Positions 56,524-64,000 of a stretch of DNA of 64,000 bases are shown here, piece by piece. The notes under the pieces are model-generated. The model worked only from the letters and a program-made list of their open reading frames with translations, was not told the origin of the DNA and searched no databases. The stretch's first letter is position 1, and the number at the start of each line of letters is the position of its first letter. This stretch comes from Patescibacteria group bacterium. Its GTDB lineage: Bacteria; Patescibacteriota; Microgenomatia; JAMCZE01. A program made the position numbers and the translations under genes. The stretch covers positions 108,093 to 172,092 of the forward strand of contig JAMCRP010000002.1 of NCBI GenBank assembly GCA_023380635.1, read 5' to 3'.

Positions 56524-57814
56524 TCAGGAAATCTAAAGCGACGGCCGCGGACCAAGCTTGTTGCCGGCATGAGGTCTGGCCGGACTCATTTTTGTATTCA
56601 TGAAAGTTACCGTCTACGCCTTTCGTGTAAAGCTCAATCGGGGTTTGAAAATATGATAGGGCCTTGAGACTAGCCTCTTTTAATAAACTCGCTTCTTTGG
56701 CAAATCCCCAAATCTCCAGACCCTCATGAGCCAGACCGTTTAGGACCGGCCAAAAACTGCCGTTGTGATAGGAATTTTGTCCCGGATTAAAAGTCGGCGA
56801 GAGAGTACTCATAGTCCGGATGCCGGCGTCAGGATCAAAAAGATCCGGCAGGAAAGAGCGGGAGACCAAATCGTTAACAAACTTGGCATCCAAAATGCTT
56901 TCTACTCCGTTTTCGCTGCGGTAGCTGGCCCAAAGGAGAATTAAAGGATTACCGGTCACGGTCTCGATCCGGTTTTTGGAACCGTCTAAAGCTTGAGCCG
57001 GAAAAGTATAACCTTCACTTTGAAAGAGGAATGTTTCGTTAAAGCGACGTTTTAAATTATTCGCAAAATCCCGCAACTTTTCGTCGGAAAAGTAATCGGC
57101 CCAAAGCCGCAGGGCCAGCCAGGCGTAACCCTGAACTTCCACCGGAGCAATCGGGTAAAGCGGCATAGTTCCGTCGGGCCGCAGCAGTGATTCTGAAGAG
57201 TCGGTCCACGACTGCACTGGCAGACCGCCGTGCTGACGCTTTGGCGATAAACCGTATTCCAAAAGATTGTCTTGATCCCGGTCGCCGAAATTCATCAGCC
57301 AATCCAGTCCTTTGCGAACGGCAGGCAAAACGAGCCTGGCATAATCCTCGTCATTAAAGTATTGGGCAAATCGGCGCATGGCAATTAAAGCTAAGGGGGT
57401 GGCGTCGATGGAGTCAAAATTGCGCAAAATGCCGTCGGGATAAACATACCAGGGATTAGTCTTATTGACTAAATGTTCATATTTATCCCGGCGCAATTCG
57501 TGAATAAATTTCCCCGGCTCTTCGCCGCTTTCCAGATTAATATTTTGGCCCTGTAAATTAATCAGAGTAAAAATGGCCTGGCGGCAGATAGAAAGTAATT
57601 TTTCGTCGGGCTTTTTTTCCAAACTTCGCAAGATTTTTAAGGCGGAAATGACATTATCGCGGCCGAAAAAACAATTAAAAATTTCCCCGCGGCCGGAGGC
57701 GTTTAAACCGTCGGCACTGGCGAGATCCAAAAGAGTTTGATAGGAAACCTGATAAAGTTCGGTTCTGGACATGCTGTCTGAGGCTAAGATAGCACCACTG
57801 TCAAGGGGCTTCAA
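56489..57814 (-). CDS. (alpha/alpha)6-barrel glycoside hydrolase, amylo-alpha-1,6-glucosidase / GH63-like
   Basis: Length and the conserved acidic/aromatic pattern (GRDNVISA, YPDGILRNF, WPVLNG) resemble the GDE_C/GH63 six-hairpin glycosidases. Confidence 0.55.
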   Translation of the reverse strand: MKPLDSGAILASDSMSRTELYQVSYQTLLDLASADGLNASGRGEIFNCFFGRDNVISALKILRSLEKKPDEKLLSICRQAIFTLINLQGQNINLESGEEPGKFIHELRRDKYEHLVNKTNPWYVYPDGILRNFDSIDATPLALIAMRRFAQYFNDEDYARLVLPAVRKGLDWLMNFGDRDQDNLLEYGLSPKRQHGGLPVQSWTDSSESLLRPDGTMPLYPIAPVEVQGYAWLALRLWADYFSDEKLRDFANNLKRRFNETFLFQSEGYTFPAQALDGSKNRIETVTGNPLILLWASYRSENGVESILDAKFVNDLVSRSFLPDLFDPDAGIRTMSTLSPTFNPGQNSYHNGSFWPVLNGLAHEGLEIWGFAKEASLLKEASLKALSYFQTPIELYTKGVDGNFHEYKNESGQTSCRQQAWSAAVALDFLTTAIPPENPTG

Positions 57815-58860
57815 GGGGGAAGATTGAGGGAATTTTTCCTGATTATTTCTTCATATATTTTTATGTAGCCGTCTGTCATCTTTTTGCCATTAAATTTTTC
57901 CAAAGCGTATTGGCGGCAATGCTTCCGATCAATTTTGGGAAGTTTGGGGACAGCGTTAATCATGCCATCAATATCCTCAACGACAAACCCGGTCCGGCCG
58001 TTTTTGACCACTTCCGGGATTGAGCCGTTGCGAAAAGCGATGACCGGCGTGCCGCAGGCCATGCTTTCAATCATCGTCAATCCGAACGGCTCCGGCCAGG
58101 TAACCGGATGGAGAAGAGCCAGAGCCCGGCTCATTAATTTATTTCGCTCGTTTTGATCGACTTCGCCCACCCAACGCACTTGGGAAGAAAGGTTGGGGCC
58201 GATATATTCCTGAAAAAAGGGCATGTCCAGAAAGTCCAGTTTGGCAGCCATGATCAAAGGAATATTCAAAAGCTGCGACACTTCAATGGCAATATGGGCG
58301 CCTTTTTCCAAGGATAACCGTCCGACGAAAAGCAAATAGCCGTCATTTCCAGAACTAAACGGGAAATCTTTCATGTTTAAGCCGTTATAAACAACCCCGG
58401 CTTTGTTCATGTTCGGGGCCAGTTTTTCCTGCATTTTGGAGATGAAAACAAAACTAATTTTTTTGCCGAGGCGGGAATAAAATTGCTTGTTAATCGGGTC
58501 AAAAGAACCGTGCAGAGTCATGACGACCGGCGTATGCGAACAGTTAGCCGTGGGCAGGGAAAGATGGCCGTTGTGGTCGTGAATAATATCGAATTCACCC
58601 TGCCTTTCGTAGGCCACGCCGATATTAAGCATGGTCCAGTAGTTTGGGCCGTAAATATCTTTCAGGCGGGAATCGCGAATGGAGCGGGGAGTGACGGAAA
58701 CCAGCTTGGCGGAAGTGACCGAATCGCCGCTGGCAAAAAGTGTGACTTCGTGGCCGCGGCGCACCAGCTCTTCAGTTAAAGCGGAAACCACCCGTTCTGT
58801 CCCGCCGTATTTTTTCGGCGGCACCGATTCGACGATCGGGGCGATTTGCGCGATCCTCAC
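57811..58860 (-). CDS. Glycosyltransferase family 4 (GT-B, group 1)
   Basis: MRIAQIAPIVESVPPKKYGGTERVVSALTEELVRRGHEV N-terminus and a C-terminal EX7E-like region (EPFGLTMIESMACGTPVIA). Confidence 0.8.
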   Translation of the reverse strand: MRIAQIAPIVESVPPKKYGGTERVVSALTEELVRRGHEVTLFASGDSVTSAKLVSVTPRSIRDSRLKDIYGPNYWTMLNIGVAYERQGEFDIIHDHNGHLSLPTANCSHTPVVMTLHGSFDPINKQFYSRLGKKISFVFISKMQEKLAPNMNKAGVVYNGLNMKDFPFSSGNDGYLLFVGRLSLEKGAHIAIEVSQLLNIPLIMAAKLDFLDMPFFQEYIGPNLSSQVRWVGEVDQNERNKLMSRALALLHPVTWPEPFGLTMIESMACGTPVIAFRNGSIPEVVKNGRTGFVVEDIDGMINAVPKLPKIDRKHCRQYALEKFNGKKMTDGYIKIYEEIIRKNSLNLPP

Positions 58861-58936
58861 ATGAATTATCTAACTCTCTGACCATAAGAATTTCATAAAT
58901 TTGGGGCAAGGAATTTAAAATATTATAATGTAATGC

Positions 58937-59329
58937 TCAGACAGTTGCGGTTCGTCCCCGGATCATCCGGGTTTCTGTCACCGATCGGGAACTGAGGATC
59001 GCGACAATAACTCCAGCGATGACATTGGCCCACTGGGCTGAAACTGTCGGGTAGCCCAAGATAAACGGCGAAGCGATCATCCACAGACCCAAAATAAAAT
59101 TAACCCAGCTTAAAAATTCTGCCTGTCGGGGAGTGGCAATCCTGATTAAGGCCAAAATTGAGACCACCGCGCCGACGATGACATTATTCCAGAGGTCGCC
59201 CACAATGGTGTTATAACCGAAAATAAACGGCGAAATAATCAGCCAGATGCCGGCCAGGACATTAATCCCGCTGACAGTTCTTTCGTGGCCTTCGTGTTTC
59301 TGTTCTTCTTTTGGCATATTTTTCACCAC
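58937..59329 (-). CDS. SPW-repeat membrane protein
   Basis: Two repeats of WxNxIxGxxxxIL...SPF with 4 TM helices. Confidence 0.5.
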   Translation of the reverse strand: MVKNMPKEEQKHEGHERTVSGINVLAGIWLIISPFIFGYNTIVGDLWNNVIVGAVVSILALIRIATPRQAEFLSWVNFILGLWMIASPFILGYPTVSAQWANVIAGVIVAILSSRSVTETRMIRGRTATV

Positions 59330-59420
59330 CTTTCAATTGTTGGCAGGGTAGGCCGGCAGGCTTAATTATTGGCCAAAGCAGCGTAAGGGAAGGGCAAGAG
59401 TGCTAGAATAAATTAAACGA

Positions 59421-60233
59421 ATGAAATACTTCAAATTTAAAACGGGGACCGAAATACCGGCTCTGGGGTTTGGGACCTGGCAGTTGGAGGGGGAAAAGGT
59501 GGCGGAGCCGCTATCAATAGCTTTGGAAGTGGGTTTTAGACATATTGATACTGCTTGGATCTACGCTAACCAAAACGAAATAGGCAAGGTCCTGCAGGAC
59601 AGTAAAATACCCCGCCAGGAATTGTTTGTGACTTCCAAAGTCTGGACCACTCAGCTTCGTAAACAAGATGCCGTTAATTCCTGCAAAGAAACCTTGGAAC
59701 AGCTGCGGCTTAGTTACCTGGATCTGTTTTTAATCCATTGGCCCAATAAGGATATTCCGATTCGGGAAACCCTGGAAGCCCTGGAACAGTTAAAAGAAGA
59801 AAAATTAATCCGGGATTTCGGGGTATCGAATTTTAATATTGCCCGTCTTACGGAAGCTTTAAAATATTCTTCTGAAATAGTTGATAACCAGGTGGAGTTT
59901 CACCCGTCCTTAAATCAGAAAGAACTGAAAAGTTTCTGCGACAAAAACAATATTTTAATGACCGCGTACAGTCCCATTGCCCAGGGACAGGATCTCAAAC
60001 TGCCGGGGGTCAGCAAGTTGGCGGACAAGTATAAAAGAACCCCGTCACAAATCATTATTAACTGGCTAATTTCCAAAAATATAATTGCCATTCCCCGGTC
60101 CGGGGATCGGGAACACATTGCAGATAATTTTCACAGCCTGGATTTCCAGTTAAGCGAAGAAGATACACAAATAATTGATAATATCGGCGGCGAAAACAGG
60201 TTAGTTAATCCAAAATTTTTTATCACGGAATGA
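59421..60233 (+). CDS. Aldo/keto reductase
   Basis: GFGTWQL, HIDTAWIY, the catalytic tetrad context (D, Y, K, H) and a C-terminal IPRSGDREHIADNF. Confidence 0.85.
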   Translation: MKYFKFKTGTEIPALGFGTWQLEGEKVAEPLSIALEVGFRHIDTAWIYANQNEIGKVLQDSKIPRQELFVTSKVWTTQLRKQDAVNSCKETLEQLRLSYLDLFLIHWPNKDIPIRETLEALEQLKEEKLIRDFGVSNFNIARLTEALKYSSEIVDNQVEFHPSLNQKELKSFCDKNNILMTAYSPIAQGQDLKLPGVSKLADKYKRTPSQIIINWLISKNIIAIPRSGDREHIADNFHSLDFQLSEEDTQIIDNIGGENRLVNPKFFITE

Positions 60234-60736
60234 CTTTATACTGGCAGAACTGTTTGCATAAAGGTCACATGTGCTCCTGGAACTGCAAAGAAGGCGAGCC
60301 CTGCAAAATTGATGAGATTGTCGGTCGGCCACATTCTCCGCGGGAACCGTTAACTACCGGTGAATGGGTAAAATGCATTAATATTGCCGCTAACCCCGGC
60401 CGCAGCCGGAATAATCCCGACCGTCACCGCTTTTACCCCGCTAAACTTTTAAGAACTTACACTCCAAGGTGAAGTTGCAAACAAGGAAGAAGCCTCAGTT
60501 GAATCATAAATTACCTTTAAGAATGGCACTTGGGCTCCTATCTCGGGTAAATTAACAGCAACAGTTGAGTTTAAAGGTAGAGAGATTTCTAACCCCGAAA
60601 CTACTCCTTTAACTACTTGAGAATTTCTCGGTTGGCTAACTCCTGATCAATAAGTCCCATAATGGTCGGGAGTGAGTTACCCGAAAGGCACGCCCATGAG
60701 AGTGTCATCTTCCCGGTAGAGTATATAATCTAATTT

Positions 60737-60765
60737 TGACTTCAAAAGATTAGCATCCTATAATA
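60737..60765 (+). promoter_or_regulatory. Consensus sigma70-type promoter TTGACT-17-TATAAT
   Basis: ttgacttcaaaagattagcatcctataat, read directly; about 17 nt upstream of the small ORF at 60782. Confidence 0.45.
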
Positions 60766-60781
60766 TAATATTATTTTAGAT

Positions 60782-60979
60782 ATGTTAGAGGGTAACTGGT
60801 TTGCGGAGTTTGAAGTGAAAAATATGGCGCCGGAGTACCTTTTTTGCACAGCCGGGAAAAACCCGGGAGTAAAGAAGATTGAGCGCTACTGTAAACAGGC
60901 CAATAAAAAGAACGGCTGTAAAAATCTTGCACCTTGGGAAATTATTGAAGCTAAACCAGGCGAGTTTTCGGTCGGGTAA
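60782..60979 (+). CDS. Small hypothetical protein (65 aa)
   Basis: ORF preceded by a consensus promoter; Lys-rich with 3 Cys. Confidence 0.35.
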   Translation: MLEGNWFAEFEVKNMAPEYLFCTAGKNPGVKKIERYCKQANKKNGCKNLAPWEIIEAKPGEFSVG

Positions 60980-61225
60980 AAAATAAGATTGAGTTGAGTT
61001 GACTTGACTCTGACGGGTGGTTAGAATTGGCCATCGTGAACCGAACGGGAGCCGAAGCCAAAGCCAAAAGCGCCCGGCTGGCCCGGTTGGTGGCACAGGC
61101 CCAATGGCAACGGAACGCGGCCTTGCGGGAAAGATTTTCCCCAAAAAGAAGAAACATTTTACCTTGAAAAGGTAACGGAATTTAGGCCGGCGCAATACTG
61201 CGGAACGGGCAAGTGCAAAAACTTC

Positions 61226-61507
61226 TTACTTAGAAACCTGAGTTTCTTCATGGAGGCAACTTTCAATGCGGTCGGCACCATCAGGAGCATTTTTCTTCAG
61301 TAGTTCTTTTAAGCAAGGCCCATTGAGTTCTTTTTTTCCGGTATCGTTGTTAACGAGACCTTTACATTGGCAAGTGAGCCTGACTTCACTAATACCTAAC
61401 AGGGGGAACAGGCTGATTAACTGGAGCAGGTCATCGGGACTGAGAAGTTTCAGGTCTTCTCTGGAAATATTCACTGTTGACTTGCAGGCAACTGTTTCCT
61501 TGCCCAT
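61226..61507 (-). CDS. Hypothetical protein
   Basis: ORF only. Confidence 0.3.
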   Translation of the reverse strand: MGKETVACKSTVNISREDLKLLSPDDLLQLISLFPLLGISEVRLTCQCKGLVNNDTGKKELNGPCLKELLKKNAPDGADRIESCLHEETQVSK

Positions 61508-61616
61508 TTGGGCGTGAGCTTAGCACCCCGGTTTTAAATTTGCAAATAAAGATCAGTTATGAGGTAAAAGTAAGTGGGAGGCTGACAGAAATTACTGTAT
61601 AGTATAGAATAATCTC

Positions 61617-62165
61617 ATGGACGTCGGCCTTAAAGAAAGTTCGGTAATAATTGGGCAAGGGGAAAAACCCATGAGTGAGGCTGTCGAAAGAGAAATCGAG
61701 GCAACCCGCAGTCTTTTGCAGAGGGTAATTTCGGAGGAGAGCGAAGCGCGTCGCGAAATCCAACAGGCGCGCCAGACAGAGATGTTTACTCGGGCAGAAC
61801 AGCCGATTGATCCGGAAGTTTATGCCGAAAGTGTTTACTTTCGGTGGGGGGAAAAACTCAGACCAAGTGAAGCAGACTTAGCTCTTCGAAACAGGTGGTT
61901 TAAATTTTTGGGGAAGGTACCAGAAAGTATGGTGGTTCGGGATTGTAAATCAATTGAGGCAATCTTCTATGTTAACTTGGCGGAAAAAAGAACCACGCCA
62001 GTGCCTCCGGAGTGCGGAAAAATTTTCTTTACGGCCTCGCCGGAAATGCCCATATCTATTGATAAGGCTCTGATTAATCCGAAAATACTTCAGCCGCTGA
62101 TCATCAGGGCTTTTAACCTTCCGGAACGGGAACATTCCGAGTGGAAGAAGGGAAGGGATTATTAA
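61617..62165 (+). CDS. Hypothetical protein
   Basis: ORF only. Confidence 0.4.
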   Translation: MDVGLKESSVIIGQGEKPMSEAVEREIEATRSLLQRVISEESEARREIQQARQTEMFTRAEQPIDPEVYAESVYFRWGEKLRPSEADLALRNRWFKFLGKVPESMVVRDCKSIEAIFYVNLAEKRTTPVPPECGKIFFTASPEMPISIDKALINPKILQPLIIRAFNLPEREHSEWKKGRDY

Positions 62166-62208
62166 GAGGCTTGACAAGAAACTTGTAGTCATTTTATGCT
62201 GAATATAG

Positions 62209-63006
62209 ATGAATAAACTTTTAATCCCGGCGGTGGTTGCCCTGATCGTTTTAGCTGTCGGTGGGGGCTACCTTTTTATTTCTAAAACTAGCAAACTTCC
62301 AGCCGCTCTTTCCGGCCTTCAGGTGGTCTCAGTTATTCCCAGAATTTCGGAAAAAGACCTGGTGCCTTATGTTTCTGACGCAAATGTTCGCAAAAACATG
62401 GTCGCTCAAGCCAATCAGTCAGCCTACCGCGTTACTTCGACTTCTTCCGGGAAAGGGACTACCAGCGTTATAGATATTCAACTGGTCGGAAACGATTTCC
62501 GGATTCATACTGCGGAAACGGATAATGGCAAACCGCTGTCCGAGTCTATTTCTATCGGCGACACAACTTATATTAAAGACCCTTCTGATGGAAAGTGGTG
62601 GAAGCAGACGGCAAAGCCGGATAGTCAACAACCCACCGAATTAAACCCACAGGATTTTATGCCGGACAATATGGTTAAAGAAGCCACAGCGAGTGCCGGG
62701 AAAATGAATTTTAAATTTTTGGGGATGGAAGCCTGCGGCAATTTAAATTGCTTTAAATATGAAGAGAGCTTCGCAGATACGCCGGGGGCCACAACTGTTT
62801 GGTTTGATGACAAGCAATATTTAACGCGAAAAATGGTTTCCGGCTCCGGAGAATCTTCTTTCACTCAGGAATATTCATATGGCAATATCTCGGTTAATCC
62901 GCCGTCGCCGACGAAGGATGTGCCGGAAGGGAAAAGTATTTACGAAATGCTTTACCAGCAAGGACAATCGGTTTCCGGTTCCCTCCCGGCCGGAATTTCC
63001 TATTGA
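62209..63006 (+). CDS. Exported or membrane-anchored hypothetical protein
   Basis: N-terminal TM or signal (MNKLLIPAVVALIVLAVGGGYLFI). Confidence 0.45.
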   Translation: MNKLLIPAVVALIVLAVGGGYLFISKTSKLPAALSGLQVVSVIPRISEKDLVPYVSDANVRKNMVAQANQSAYRVTSTSSGKGTTSVIDIQLVGNDFRIHTAETDNGKPLSESISIGDTTYIKDPSDGKWWKQTAKPDSQQPTELNPQDFMPDNMVKEATASAGKMNFKFLGMEACGNLNCFKYEESFADTPGATTVWFDDKQYLTRKMVSGSGESSFTQEYSYGNISVNPPSPTKDVPEGKSIYEMLYQQGQSVSGSLPAGISY

Positions 63007-63061
63007 GACTGACTCTTGGCTGGCTCTGATTCCCCGGAAATAGGCGCGCGTTTTATAAAAT

Positions 63062-63823
63062 ATGTTATATGGCCGTGGGGGATTAGGAGTTGCTTCTAGA
63101 CCTATAGTAAGATATAATTATATTATGCTTTCAAGAACTGAAGCCGAGTCGATAGGTGCTGTCCTGACAGCAGGCCTGAACCAGGAAAAATTTAATCGGA
63201 AAGATCCTTCGTTGGATCTCTCGGCCAAAACCGTTCAGGGAATATATCAATTGATGCTGCAGGCCGAATGGCTTGAAAATCGCTCCGGCAGCGAGACTCT
63301 CGGCAGACTTTTCCTGCCTTTGCCCCCGATGGCTTATGTAAAAGCTCTTTTACCTTCGTTGATGAACAGCGAGGCGGCAAAAAGGCTGTTAGGTGTATCC
63401 CGGTTAAAAGTGTGGGAAGTGCCGAACCGGCGTCTCGAATGCGGCAGTACTGCCGACCCGCTGGCTGGCGCTAAGTCTGTCAGTGAAGGCGAAATGGTCT
63501 TGGAGTTTCCCACCGTTTCCCAAACCAAAAGGCTTGGCTTCCGGGACTTTGCTGACCGCTTGGACCTATACAAAACGGCCTATACTCTGGCTTTGCTTCC
63601 GCAGTCAGCCTGGAGGGCGGTTGATAGCCAGGAATCAGTGGTTACTCTTGAAGACTGCGCCTTATGGTTAAACGGGCAGGGAGACATAGCTATGGTTTCA
63701 CAGGTTCATCACTTGCTGACATTCGACACCCGCAGAATTGAAATTTACCCCGGTTATTTCAGCCTGAAAGACGCCAAGACCGGAAAAATGGAAAAACCTG
63801 ATCATAGTTTGTGTCATAATTAA
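63062..63823 (+). CDS. Hypothetical protein
   Basis: ORF only. Confidence 0.4.
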   Translation: MLYGRGGLGVASRPIVRYNYIMLSRTEAESIGAVLTAGLNQEKFNRKDPSLDLSAKTVQGIYQLMLQAEWLENRSGSETLGRLFLPLPPMAYVKALLPSLMNSEAAKRLLGVSRLKVWEVPNRRLECGSTADPLAGAKSVSEGEMVLEFPTVSQTKRLGFRDFADRLDLYKTAYTLALLPQSAWRAVDSQESVVTLEDCALWLNGQGDIAMVSQVHHLLTFDTRRIEIYPGYFSLKDAKTGKMEKPDHSLCHN

Positions 63824-63826
63824 CTT

Positions 63827-64000
63827 ATGGAAAATTTTGAAAATCTGTCACCGGAAGAGTTAGCCTTGATACTTGGTTGGAAAGACAAGAAAACTAAAGC
63901 CAGAGAGTTCCAGGAGACTCATCAGGGAACCAGCCCGGCGCCAAAATGCCATAACTCCTTCCGGGATGATGAGACTCTTAAGGAGGGAGGGCCTCATTTT
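63827..64000 (+). CDS. Hypothetical protein, 5' part (runs off window end)
   Basis: An ATG at 63827 opens a frame (MENFENLSPEELALILGWKDKK...) that is still open at position 64000. Confidence 0.25.
   Translation, partial: MENFENLSPEELALILGWKDKKTKAREFQETHQGTSPAPKCHNSFRDDETLKEGGPHF

Noticed and set aside
1-64000. Mobile elements, prophage or defence islands
   Set aside because: No transposase, integrase, recombinase, restriction-modification, toxin-antitoxin or phage structural signatures were recognised in any ORF. Gene order is dominated by conserved housekeeping operons.

Overview
The window is a high-density, two-strand chromosomal segment of about 48% GC. Small proteins, TPR-fused membrane glycosyltransferases and the absence of pyrH between tsf and frr suggest a reduced-genome, CPR/Patescibacteria-like bacterium; this is inference. 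Most of it is housekeeping, in conserved operons. Cell wall: ddl (partial), murF, mreBCD plus PBP2, an LD-carboxypeptidase. Translation: L33, L28, S2-Tsf-RRF, S21, ProRS, CysRS, Def-Fmt and three tRNAs (Thr-GGT, Tyr-GTA, Thr-TGT). Replication and repair: DprA-TopA, DnaX-YbaB-RecR, a Y-family polymerase. No transposase, integrase, CRISPR array or obvious defence island was found.

The regions that deserve a second look are these:
- A thymidylate and one-carbon cluster at 23.4-29.5 kb (dut, two unknown genes, an atypical 497-aa thymidylate-synthase-family protein with extra N- and C-terminal domains, an unknown gene, a NUDIX hydrolase, glyA and folD).
- A membrane-anchored cohesin-like protein next to a secreted protein with a dockerin-like C-terminal segment at 8.6-11.3 kb.
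- A cellulose-synthase-like cluster at 46.2-53.0 kb (GT39-like, a GT2 with the QxxRW motif, GH8, a proline-rich anchor protein, GH5).
- A family of short tandem 7- and 9-nucleotide repeats, (CAAATTY)n and AAGAAACAAG(A/T)ACAAG, inserted in frame into essential genes (murF, fmt, def, PBP2, topA, folD, dnaX) and also filling the tsf-frr gap where pyrH would normally sit.

All calls come from reading motifs in the supplied translations and sequence. No database search was possible, and coordinates may be off by 1-2 nt.
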